Made by a program: the position numbers and the translations under genes. Source: Thermomicrobiales bacterium (lineage in GTDB: Bacteria > Chloroflexota > Chloroflexia > Thermomicrobiales > UBA6265). Taken from it: a DNA stretch of 64,000 bases. This document shows positions 55,340-64,000 of this stretch, piece by piece. Under the pieces are notes generated by a model, which ran no database searches, was not told the DNA's origin, and worked only from the letters and a program-made list of their open reading frames with translations. Position 1 is the stretch's first letter. Every line of letters starts with the position of its first letter. The DNA is taken from the NCBI GenBank assembly GCA_030447415.1, contig JAUJOZ010000010.1, forward strand, positions 54,100 to 118,099. Reading direction: 5' to 3'.

Positions 55340-56067
55340 GCGACCCCCGGTCCCCGCCACGGGCCGCACCGCAGCGGCAGCGACGCTGCCCATGCGAACG
55401 ATCATCCCCTCGTCTTGGTAACGGCTCTCGACACAGGCGGCCCGAGGGAGAGGTCTGACGGCCGATGACGACAGCCACCGGACCTGCCCGTCCGATCCGC
55501 TGGGCCGCGTCATCCAACCAAACACGGGCGTCGAGTCGGCCGCGGTCCACCCCGCCGTCGAACGCATCTTTGGTCGCAGCGAATCGCTCGTGTGGGTGAG
55601 ATTGGCACGGGCCCCCAATGCCAAGAAGGTCGTCGGGTTCTCGCTGGAGGGAGCCGGGCGCCTCGACCATCGCGACCTCAGGATCGAGCGCCTTTCGTTT
55701 GGCATCATGCGCGGGGGCGAAGAGATTACCGCCGTGCTGAGAGATCGTCCGGGGGCAAACGGGAGAAGGTCCGCGCCGCGGTCGTGAGCACCAAGAGCGA
55801 TGCTGACGGATCTCCCCGAACTTGGCGCGAATCGCTACCACGCCGTAGAGCGTCCCCGGTGACCGAGACGCGGCCCCGTGGTCCACGACCACGATGAGTC
55901 CGCCATCGGAGCGTCAGCCTGCTCGGTCGCCTGACTGCGCGGAACCTGACGCGCCTTGCCGTCCCGGTGGTCATCCTCCCCGGGCAAGCCGACTCGGTCG
56001 CTGGAGCGCGAGCCTCCGTGTCGGCGGTGCGACGCCTGCTGCCGGAGAACGGAAACGCACAGCGCAG

Positions 56068-57300
56068 CTAGACGGTCCCTGCCAGCCGCACCGCCGCGTG
56101 CAGCAGCACGTTGGCCCCCGCCTCGACATCCTCCGGCGTGCTGTACTCCTCCTCGCAGTGGCTGAGGCCGCCGGCACTGCGGACGAAGATCATAGCGGAA
56201 GGGCAAACGTCCTGCAGGTACTTGGCGTCGTGGCCGGCACCGGACCACAGCCGTCCGAAGGGCAGCCCCAGCCCCTCGCACGCCGCACGCACCGCGTCGA
56301 GCGTCCCTGGGTCGAAGGAGGTCGGCTCACTCGTCCAGAAGCGGTCGAGCGCAATGTGGACCTTGGTCCGCGCCTCGACCTCCCACACCAGTTTCTCCAG
56401 CCCCGCCACCAGCGTCTCCAGCCCCTCGGGGCTCGGATGCCGGAGGTCGACACTCATCACAACCTTGCCTGGAATGGTATTGATCACGTTCGGTTCCACG
56501 GCGAGCCGACCGACCGTGGCCACCGCGTCAGTCAGCCTGTGCGCGAGCTCTTCCACCCCGGAGACCAGACGAGCCGCGGCGGCGAGGGCGTCGCGGCGGA
56601 GGCGCATCGGGCTCGGGCCGGCGTGGTCGGCGCGGCCTTCGACGGTTGCCTCCAGCCAGGTGATGCCGACGATTCCCTCGACCACACCGACCGGAAGCCC
56701 CGCCGCCTCCAGCACCGGCCCCTGCTCGACGTGGAGCTCCAGGTAGGCCGCGGGCGGCGCCGGCCGGTCCGCTTCGCGCCCCAGGTAACCAATGCGGCGC
56801 AGCTCGTCCGCGAACCGTCGACCGTCCCGATCGGTCCGCCCGTAAACGTAGTCCTTGGCGAAGCGACCGCTGACGGCACCGGAGCACATCATCGCCGGCT
56901 CGAACCGGACTCCCTCCTCGTTCGTCCAGTTGACGACCTCCAGCGGCCGGCGGGTCGTCACTCCGTGGTCGTTGAGTGCGCGCACGACCTCCAATGCTCC
57001 AAGCACCCCGAGCGCGCCGTCGAACCGCCCGCCCCGGCGCACGGAGTCGCAGTGGGAGCCAAGCAGGACCGCCGGTCCCTCCTCCGCGCCGTCGCGCCGA
57101 CCGACCATGTTCCCGAAGTCGTCGACCCGAACGCGGAGGCCCGCGGCTTCCATCCATCCCCGGACCAGATCCCGCCCCGCCCGGGCCGCGCCCCCGAGCG
57201 CCAGCCGCGTACCGCCCCCGACGGGGGACGCCCCCACCTCTGCCAGACGCCCCACGCTCTCACCGAGCAGTCCCACCTCAACCCGCACCCGAACACACAA
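56068..57300 (-). CDS. M20-family Zn-dependent amidohydrolase (allantoate amidohydrolase / N-carbamoyl-L-amino-acid hydrolase type)
   Basis: WMEAAGLRVRVDDFGNMVGR, GSHCDSV..GGRFDGALGV, NWTNEEG.RF, SGAGHDA. The exact start is uncertain (TTG/GTG options). Confidence 0.9.
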   Translation of the reverse strand: MCVRVRVEVGLLGESVGRLAEVGASPVGGGTRLALGGAARAGRDLVRGWMEAAGLRVRVDDFGNMVGRRDGAEEGPAVLLGSHCDSVRRGGRFDGALGVLGALEVVRALNDHGVTTRRPLEVVNWTNEEGVRFEPAMMCSGAVSGRFAKDYVYGRTDRDGRRFADELRRIGYLGREADRPAPPAAYLELHVEQGPVLEAAGLPVGVVEGIVGITWLEATVEGRADHAGPSPMRLRRDALAAAARLVSGVEELAHRLTDAVATVGRLAVEPNVINTIPGKVVMSVDLRHPSPEGLETLVAGLEKLVWEVEARTKVHIALDRFWTSEPTSFDPGTLDAVRAACEGLGLPFGRLWSGAGHDAKYLQDVCPSAMIFVRSAGGLSHCEEEYSTPEDVEAGANVLLHAAVRLAGTV

Positions 57301-57312
57301 ACCCAGACCGCG

Positions 57313-58437
57313 TCACCCGACAATCGACAGCTCCCGCGTCGCTTCGTTTAGGCGCTCGCCTCCGGTGTCGGTGCAGAGGACGGCGTCCTCGACGCGGACG
57401 CCGAAGCGACCCTGCAGGTAGATCCCCGGCTCGTCGCTGAAGACCATCCCAGCGAGGAGCGGCGTGGCGTTCCCACTGACCAGGTACGGCTCCTCGTGGA
57501 CATCGAGTCCAAGGCCGTGGCCGACGCGGTGGATGAAGGCGGCGCCGTACCCCTCCTCGCCGATCAGCGCGCGCGCGGCCTCGTCGATCGCCTCGCACGG
57601 CACGCCGGGTGCGACCGCGTCGAGCGCCGCCTGGTTTGCGCGCAGCACGACATCGTAGACGCGGCGAAACTCCTCGCTCGGCTCGCCGACGTGGATTGTC
57701 CGCGTGACGTCGGAAAAATACCCTTCCAGCGTGCCGCCCCAATCGAAGACGACGGCGTCGCCGGGTTGGATGACCCGATCGCTCGTCTCATGGTGGGGAG
57801 AAGCCGAGTTCGGACCGCTGCCACACGAGCCGAACCCCGGGCCAAGACCGCGACCGTGCGTCAAGGCGAGGAGACGGTCAAGCGCCTCATTCTCGGTTTG
57901 GCCGGCGAGGGGTGCGGCGATGAACTCTTCCCAGGCGTCGTCGGTCCGCCGGGCGCCCTCTCGCATCAGCTCGATCTCGCGCCCGTCCTTGACCATTCGC
58001 AAGGGGCGGAGGGTCGGGGTCGCCGACACCCACCGGGCGTCGGGCATCGCCTCCTGCAGGGCGAGCAGGAAGACGCTCCAGAGCTGGTCCCCAACGGCTA
58101 CCGTCTTGCCGGCCACATCGCCAACCACTCCAGCGACAACCTCCGCCGGCGTCTGCGTCTCCTCCCAGGGGTGGACACCGAGCAGCTCCCGCAAGCCGGC
58201 CAGACGGGGGGCCTCGAGCACCGGCACGACGTACGCAGGGTCCCCGGTCCGCGGCAGGACGAGGAGGTTCATTCGCTCGCTCACGTGGCCGGCGTATCCG
58301 ATCAGGTAGCGAAGGTCGGGCGACGGACCGACCACGAGCACATCCACTCCCTCCCGCGCCATCTCCTCCTGCGCCCGCTGTAACCGGTCGTGGTGCACCC
58401 CCAAGTCGGCAAACCGCTCGCTGCCCATCGCGCCCAT
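57313..58437 (-). CDS. M24-family peptidase (Xaa-Pro aminopeptidase/creatinase-like)
   Basis: Creatinase_N-like N-domain followed by a pita-bread domain. Motifs: PGDAVVFDWGG...YFSDVTRT, HRVGHGLGLDVHE, FSDEPGIY, RVEDAV. Confidence 0.9.
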   Translation of the reverse strand: MGAMGSERFADLGVHHDRLQRAQEEMAREGVDVLVVGPSPDLRYLIGYAGHVSERMNLLVLPRTGDPAYVVPVLEAPRLAGLRELLGVHPWEETQTPAEVVAGVVGDVAGKTVAVGDQLWSVFLLALQEAMPDARWVSATPTLRPLRMVKDGREIELMREGARRTDDAWEEFIAAPLAGQTENEALDRLLALTHGRGLGPGFGSCGSGPNSASPHHETSDRVIQPGDAVVFDWGGTLEGYFSDVTRTIHVGEPSEEFRRVYDVVLRANQAALDAVAPGVPCEAIDEAARALIGEEGYGAAFIHRVGHGLGLDVHEEPYLVSGNATPLLAGMVFSDEPGIYLQGRFGVRVEDAVLCTDTGGERLNEATRELSIVG

Positions 58438-58678
58438 CCTCCCCCCTTATCCAACCCGTCGCGTAGATCAGGGCGGCGATTCTAGCACCGGCCCACCCCG
58501 CGACCGGCGTCTGGACCGATGGGCGCCGCCGCGATTGTCGTCGTGGGGGAAAGCCACGCGCGGTGGCGGCTCGCTTGCGCTCGCCACGGCAGGGTACGGG
58601 GCGCTCGCATCCACCAGGCGGGTGCTCGCCGACGACGCCGACCGTCCGAACGGCACCGAACACGACACCGAGGAACCC

Positions 58679-59545
58679 GTGACCAAAGACTGGCTTCATC
58701 GCGACGCGATCGTGAACGGCGTGCGCCTCCATTACGTCGAGGCGGGCGACGGACCGCTGGTGCTGCTGCTCCATGGCTTTCCCGAGTTCTGGTACTCGTG
58801 GCGGCGCCAGATCCCCGCGCTCGCAGGTGCCGGCTTCCGTGTCCTCGCACCCGACATGCGCGGCTTCAACACGTCCGCCAAGCCTTCGAGCGTCGGCGCC
58901 TACCGAATCGAGGTGCTCGCCGCCGACGTGGTTGGCCTGATCCACCACGTAGGCGCGGAGCGCGCCGTCGTCGTCGGGCACGATTGGGGCGGCATGGTCG
59001 GCTGGTTCCTTGGGATGCACCAGCCGGAGGTCCTCGACCGTCTGGTGATCCTCAACGCTCCTCACCCCGCCGCCATAAGGCGCGAGATCCGGTCGCTCGA
59101 TCAATGGCGCCGCTCCTCGTATGTCTTTGCCTTTCAGCTTCCCCGGCTGCCGGAGACCCTCTTCCGCGCCGGCCGCTACGCCGTGATGCGCCGCGCCCTA
59201 CGCCGTGAGCCCCTCCACCCCGACGCCTTCGCCTCGGCGGACATTGGTCGTTACGTCGAGGCGATGGACCAACCCGGCGCCCTCACGGCGACGATCAACT
59301 ACTACCGAGCTGCCTTTCGCCATCTTCCGTTCCGCACCCTCGGCTCCGTTCGACCGGTCACTACCCCGACCCTCATCATCTGGGGTGACCAGGATCGCTA
59401 CCTGGCGGTTCGGCTCACCGATGGCCTGGAGGGCTGGGTGCCGAATCTCCGTGTCGAACACCTGCCAGACGCCAGCCACTGGGTGCAGAACGATTCGCCC
59501 GACCAGGTCAACGCCTTGCTGCTCGCCTTCCTGTCGGAAACATGA
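58679..59545 (+). CDS. alpha/beta hydrolase (epoxide-hydrolase-like)
   Basis: ORF 58535..59545; likely GTG start at 58679 after GAGGAA. Contains LLLHGFPEFWYSWR, the nucleophile elbow GHDWGG, and C-terminal ASHWVQ. Confidence 0.88.
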   Translation: MTKDWLHRDAIVNGVRLHYVEAGDGPLVLLLHGFPEFWYSWRRQIPALAGAGFRVLAPDMRGFNTSAKPSSVGAYRIEVLAADVVGLIHHVGAERAVVVGHDWGGMVGWFLGMHQPEVLDRLVILNAPHPAAIRREIRSLDQWRRSSYVFAFQLPRLPETLFRAGRYAVMRRALRREPLHPDAFASADIGRYVEAMDQPGALTATINYYRAAFRHLPFRTLGSVRPVTTPTLIIWGDQDRYLAVRLTDGLEGWVPNLRVEHLPDASHWVQNDSPDQVNALLLAFLSET

Positions 59546-59852
59546 CGACAGCGCCGCCACGCTCCGTGGCGACACCGCACGAATCGCTCGGCCCCGAAAC
59601 GTCATGCCGCCGATAGGCACATGGGCAAAACAGGCCTTGTCTCTCCAGACCGCCTTGCCACCTTTCTGGGTCCGCCCGTTGAACCGTCGCCCGCCCGATG
59701 CTACCCTCTTGGCATCGCTCCGCTTGTCGCCCGATCTGCACAACGTCGTGCCTGGGCTCTCCGAGAGCGCGCCGGGCACCCGCCGGTTGGCGTGCCCGGT
59801 CCGCGCCATCGGCTCCAGGTAGTGCCGGTTCGGTCGCTCAGCGCCGCGACTC

Positions 59853-62153
59853 ATGAGGCAGGGGGATCCATTGCTGCCGACGTCCACACCGATCACCACG
59901 GCCACGCCCGCCCGACTCGCGGTCGACCTCGACGGGGTCCTTACCGAGCACCCACGACCCCTCGCCCACGCCGCCTCGGCCCGCTTCGGTTTGGATCTGC
60001 CTGAGCGCGCCTTCATTGATTCCGCCGGCCTCCACGTCCCGGTCGAGGTGCGGGATTGGGTCTATGGCGACAATGGACCCGCCGCCGAGCTGAGGCCCGC
60101 CGCCGGTGGCACTGAGTCCCTCCACCGCCTCATCGACCTCTTCGGCGCCGCCAACGTCAAGATCATCACCGCCCGGCCGGAGCGCGCCGACGCGATGACC
60201 CTCGGCTGGCTGCGCCGTCATGGCTTTCCCTCGGTCGAGGTCGTCTACGCCGATGACAAGGCGACTGTTGCGCTGGAGTTGGGCTGCGCGTACGCCATTG
60301 AGGACAGCGGACGCCACGCCCACAACTACGCCGCCGCCGGCGTGACGTGTTTCCTCCTCTGTCCCGACGGCGGCCCCGCCCCCCAGGAGCCCGGCATCAT
60401 CCCGGTCGACGACCTCACCGGCATCACTCGCCTGCTCGCCGCCAAGCGACAGCGCGAGCAGGAGGCGCAGGACGGCGCGACCCCCGGCGCCAGAGCCCGT
60501 CTCTTCGGCGGGGTCGACGGCCGCCCGCGCATTGTCGTCAGCGACGCCATCCATCCAGTCGCTCGCGCCCGCCTGGCCGAGCATGCCGAGATCGTCGAGA
60601 TCGACGGCACCGACGTCCCCCGTCTGCTCGCCGCCGTCGCGGACGCCGACGCCCTGGTCGTTCGGAGTGAGACGCAGGTGACGCGCGAGGTCTTCGCCGC
60701 CGCCCCACGGCTGCGGGTGATCGCGCGCGCTGGGGTCGGCGTCGACAACATCGACCTTCCGGCCGCGACCCGTGCCGGCGTCCTCGTCCTCAACGCCCCG
60801 GGCGCCAATGCCGTCTCGGCCGGCGAGCACACGGTCGCCTTACTCCTTGCCATCACCCGGGTCATCCCGGACGCCAACGCCTCAACCCATGCCGGCCGCT
60901 GGGAGCGCAAGCGGCTGAAGCCGATCGACCTGCGCGGCCGCACCGCCGGTATCGTCGGCCTCGGCCGCGTCGGGTCGGTCGTCGCCCAGCGGCTGCGCGC
61001 CTTCGAGATGCGGGTCATCGCTCACGACCCCTTCATCACGCCCGAGCGCTTCCGCGACCTCGGGGTCGAGCCGGTCGACCTCCCGACGCTGCTGGCCAGC
61101 GCCGACGTCGTCACCTTTCACGTTCCGCACACCCCCGAGACGGCCCACATGCTCGACGCGGCGGCGATCCGCCGGCTCCGCCCGGGTGCGATCGTCCTGA
61201 ACGCGGCCCGCGGTGAGGTCGTCGACGAGCAGGCCCTCGCCGACGCACTGCGTGAGGGGCGGCTCTTCGGCGCTGGCGTCGACGTCTTCCCGCACGAGCC
61301 CTGCACCGCCAGCCCCCTCTTCGGGCTGCCGAACGCCGTCGTCACCCCCCACATCGGCGGCTCGAGCGCCGAAGCGCTGGCCGCCGTTGGCGACGTGATC
61401 AGCACGACGACCCTCGCGGCCCTGCGGGGCGAGGCCGTGCCGAACGCCGTCAACATGCCGGCCGCCACCCTCCTCGCCCCGGAACTCCAACGGCTGACGA
61501 CCGTGGCCGGCGCCGCCGGGCATCTGCTCGCCGTCCTCCAGCCGACGTGCCCCGCCGACCTCAGCGTCACGGTCCGTGGCCTCGTCCCGGCCGATGTGGT
61601 CGAGCACGTCACCGGCGCCGCGCTGAGCGAAGCGCTCCAGCGCTGGACCGACCGCCGCGTCACCCCCGTCAACGCCCGCCTCGTGGCGCAGGAGGTCGGC
61701 GTGCGGGTCCGCATCATTGCCGGCGAGCAGGACGCCGATCGCCTCCCCCAGTTCGCGCTCGACGTCCATGACGCCGCGGGCGACGAGTCGCACCACGTCG
61801 TCGTCAGCTGGGACCGGGCCAACGCCGGCATCTTGGAGGTCGACCGCTTCGGCTTGGAGCGCCCGCTCGCCGGTGACGTCCTGATCACCCACCACCGCGA
61901 CCAACCAGGCGTCATCGGTCGCGTCGGCACCATCCTCGGCCGCTACGAAGTCAACATCGCCGGCATGCAGGTCGGCCGTCACCACCGCGGCGGCGAAGCG
62001 TTGATGGTCCTCAACGTCGACGACGCCATCCCCGAGACGGCCCTCGCCGAAATCACCGCGATCCCGGGGGTCGAGACCGCCTACGTCGTCTCTCTCCCGC
62101 CGGCCGAACCCCGCGTCGTCCAAGCGTCCATGCTGGCGCGACTAGCGCCATAG
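59853..62153 (+). CDS. serA: fusion protein: N-terminal HAD-superfamily (NT5C-like) phosphatase domain + full-length D-3-phosphoglycerate dehydrogenase with ASB and ACT domains
   Basis: HAD motifs DLDGVL (about 59925), IITAR, DDK and IEDS. After the linker the SerA part starts RIVVSDAIHP (about 60528). It has GLGRVGSVVAQRL, HVPHTPET, ARGEVVDE, PHIGGSS and the ACT end GVIGRVGTILG...NIAGMQVGR. Confidence 0.9.
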   Translation: MRQGDPLLPTSTPITTATPARLAVDLDGVLTEHPRPLAHAASARFGLDLPERAFIDSAGLHVPVEVRDWVYGDNGPAAELRPAAGGTESLHRLIDLFGAANVKIITARPERADAMTLGWLRRHGFPSVEVVYADDKATVALELGCAYAIEDSGRHAHNYAAAGVTCFLLCPDGGPAPQEPGIIPVDDLTGITRLLAAKRQREQEAQDGATPGARARLFGGVDGRPRIVVSDAIHPVARARLAEHAEIVEIDGTDVPRLLAAVADADALVVRSETQVTREVFAAAPRLRVIARAGVGVDNIDLPAATRAGVLVLNAPGANAVSAGEHTVALLLAITRVIPDANASTHAGRWERKRLKPIDLRGRTAGIVGLGRVGSVVAQRLRAFEMRVIAHDPFITPERFRDLGVEPVDLPTLLASADVVTFHVPHTPETAHMLDAAAIRRLRPGAIVLNAARGEVVDEQALADALREGRLFGAGVDVFPHEPCTASPLFGLPNAVVTPHIGGSSAEALAAVGDVISTTTLAALRGEAVPNAVNMPAATLLAPELQRLTTVAGAAGHLLAVLQPTCPADLSVTVRGLVPADVVEHVTGAALSEALQRWTDRRVTPVNARLVAQEVGVRVRIIAGEQDADRLPQFALDVHDAAGDESHHVVVSWDRANAGILEVDRFGLERPLAGDVLITHHRDQPGVIGRVGTILGRYEVNIAGMQVGRHHRGGEALMVLNVDDAIPETALAEITAIPGVETAYVVSLPPAEPRVVQASMLARLAP

Positions 62154-62287
62154 CGGAAGGCCATCCGATCGCTTCGTCGCGCCGCGCCCCGCCCGGGCGG
62201 GTAGTAGCATGACGATTGGGTCCGCGAGGGCGGCGACCCGTGCGGACCACCGACGGCCCTCCGCCCACGGCACGAGGGAGTGCGGCG

Positions 62288-62843
62288 ATGATGGCGACGA
62301 CGAGTCTGATGATGGCTGAGGGCCTGGCCGTCATCGATGACGACGACCAGCGCTACGATCTCATCCGCGGGGAGTTGCTGCGCATCGCGCCGGCCGGGGC
62401 GGAGCACGGCGAAATCAGCCTCGAGTTCGGCGCCCTGATCCGCAACCACGTCGTCGCGCACGGGTCGGGCAAGACCTACGGCGCCGAGACCGGATCCTTG
62501 CTGGCGCGCCCCTGATACGGTGCTCGCGCCGGATGTCGCGTTCGTGCGCGGCGACCGACTTCCGCCGCTCCGCAGCGATCGTCGCGGCTTCCTGCCCCTC
62601 GCCCCGGATCTGGCCGTCGAGATCATCTCCCCATCGGACCGAGCGGTGGACGTGGCAAGGAGGGTCCACACCTACCTTGACGCGGGCGTACCCCTCCTTA
62701 TCCTGGTTTCCCCGGCTCCACGCACGGTCGCCCTTCACCGGCCCGGCCAGCCCGTGCAGACGTTGCACGAGGGGGACGAGCTAGACCTCAGCGAGGTGCT
62801 ACCCGGGTTTCGGCTGCCGATCGCGGATCTCTTCCGCGAGTAG
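62288..62843 (+). pseudogene. Uma2-family (DUF820) endonuclease split by a frameshift
   Basis: ORFs 62216..62515 and 62520..62843 join as ...RYDLIRGELLRIAPAGAEHGE...GAETGSLLAR|PDTVLAPDVAFV...APDLAVEIISPSD...LPGFRLPIADLF. The break is at the C4 run 62509-62512. Confidence 0.75.
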
Positions 62844-63414
62844 ACCCAAAGCCGAGGCCGTGTCGGCACTGCCGGCGTCCCCCCGGCCGCAGGGTGCGGC
62901 GAAAGTTGACCGGGAGTGGCAGCAACGAACACTGCCCGGGTCTGTCCCACCTCCTACGCGCGTCTACAACCCATCGTCGAGGTGGGTAGTGGCGCTCCTG
63001 GCGGACGTGGCATGGCCCGTCCCCTGCTGCCGGTGGACCGTCATTTGAAGTGACTGAGGAGGATGCTGACCACAGCGCGATGACGACGATGGGCTGCTAC
63101 ACCCAGAGCGCCCTGTTCGCCAGAACGGTGACTCGCTCGTACCGCGTCGGCAGGACAACGGCCGTCCCACCGACTACCAGCGCGGAACCAATGAAGACGA
63201 GGGCGAAGACCGAGAAGGGCGACGACCCCTAGCGGGCGAGGAGCAACGCGGCGACGCCGAACGCCACCACGGCGACGGCGTTCCTCCGGGGAAGGCGGGT
63301 CAGGTGGTGGCGGCTGTCCCACCACGTCTCCACGAGCTCGCTAACGTCGCGTGCCGCGGAGACTCTCATGTGTTGGATGATAACAGCCGTCGCCGGCGGG
63401 ACTGCGGACGTGCC

Positions 63415-64000
63415 CTAGTAGAGGGGCCACTGCGCGACGTGCGGCGAGTACCCGACGATCACCTCCAGCTCAGGTGGCAGGGCGTCGGGGTGAAGCGCGT
63501 ACGCGGTCAGGCGGACGTGCCCCTCCAAAACGACGAGCCCTCCCTGTTCATGGGCGGTGACGAGGATCGGCTCGGGGAAGGTGACGCCGACCGCAACCAG
63601 CTTCGCCAGCTTCAAAACGCGCTCGTTGCTTACCCCGTACGGCCGAACGCCGGTGCGGATGCGGTCGGCGGCGTCGCTGGGCAGGCGCGAGCCACCCGAC
63701 AACTCGAGCCAATAGCTCCAGGTGATGTACTTCACCTGCCGCAGTTCATCCGGAGTCAGCGCGGCCCGCTCCCAACGCACCCCCTCGGTTGGGAAGCCCG
63801 AGAGGTACTGGCCGGCATCCGGCCCATACCCGCGGTACAACCGCAGCAACCGGCGCCGCTGCGCGTTCTCCTGGGCATTGGTGAGGTCCGGCTCGGCGAC
63901 GAGTCGCTCAGACGCTCCCTGACGCCGCAGGTAGCCCAGGACCTTGCGTCGAAAGCGATCCGATGCGAGTTCCTGACGGAGGAAGGCGGCGATGACCTCC
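63415..64000 (-). CDS. hypothetical protein (5' end outside window)
   Basis: The minus frame stays open from the right edge to the stop at 63415 (the ORF track lists only the M-start at 63849). Protein-like composition, with ...GGLVVLEGHVRLTAYAL... No family recognised. Confidence 0.6.
   Translation of the reverse strand, partial: EVIAAFLRQELASDRFRRKVLGYLRRQGASERLVAEPDLTNAQENAQRRRLLRLYRGYGPDAGQYLSGFPTEGVRWERAALTPDELRQVKYITWSYWLELSGGSRLPSDAADRIRTGVRPYGVSNERVLKLAKLVAVGVTFPEPILVTAHEQGGLVVLEGHVRLTAYALHPDALPPELEVIVGYSPHVAQWPLY

Noticed and set aside
55894-57351. 485-aa plus-strand ORF
   Set aside because: It is antisense to the M20 amidohydrolase gene, which carries clear metal-binding motifs.
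60882-62123. 413-aa minus-strand ORF
   Set aside because: It is antisense to serA. Shadow ORF.
63228-63368. 46-codon minus ORF MRVSAARDVSELVETWWDSRHHLTRLPRRNAVAVVAFGVAALLLAR with one TM segment
   Set aside because: It is too short, has no Shine-Dalgarno site and no family resemblance. An apparent continuation after the TAG ends after 17 codons.

Overview
High-G+C bacterial chromosomal segment (about two-thirds G+C by eye) with roughly 50 protein genes, one tRNA, no rRNA and no CRISPR array. TAT-type signal peptides and TIGR03663-like membrane proteins hint at a Chloroflexota/Thermomicrobia-like or similar high-GC organism, but that is only a guess. All protein-family names are assigned by eye from motifs, with no database search. 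Order, left to right: (1) a partial PP-loop, asparagine-synthetase-like gene plus a SAM methyltransferase in a visibly lower-GC patch. (2) A dead IS5/IS1182-type element bounded by 20-bp inverted repeats, which also holds a decayed methyltransferase. (3) A complete phosphate block: phoU-pstB-pstA-pstC-pstS and an OmpR-type regulator on the minus strand, with a divergent PhoR-like kinase. (4) tRNA-Glu(CUC) with a terminator, and a single-domain receiver. (5) A catabolic island: BKACE enzyme, family-5 ABC binding protein with two permeases but no ATPases, AstE/AspA-type deacylase, DmpA/S58 aminopeptidase, an IS110 scar, an SDR, an acetamidase/formamidase and an SRPBCC-like protein. (6) An IS630 element with perfect inverted repeats and a TA duplication but a triply damaged transposase. 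(7) A minus-strand operon of GS-like ligase, Liv-type ABC importer and NIF3. (8) An orphan AceE-like E1, a decayed hicBA module, an OYE/FadH-like reductase and a flavin reductase. (9) amt without glnK. (10) Tandem TIGR03663-like membrane proteins, the second fused to an NHL propeller. (11) DUF503, two FAD oxidoreductases, a Clp_N protein, M20 and M24 hydrolases, an alpha/beta hydrolase, a HAD-SerA fusion, a broken Uma2 nuclease and an unknown gene running off the right edge. I found no recognisable defence system or clearly novel system. The most interesting items are the HAD-SerA fusion, the membrane-protein/NHL pair, the edge PP-loop module, and a 36-nt phoU-identical patch inside a dead transposase. 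Several genes are also broken by single-nucleotide indels at short homopolymers, which may be assembly error. The many long ORFs antisense to real genes are high-GC shadow ORFs.
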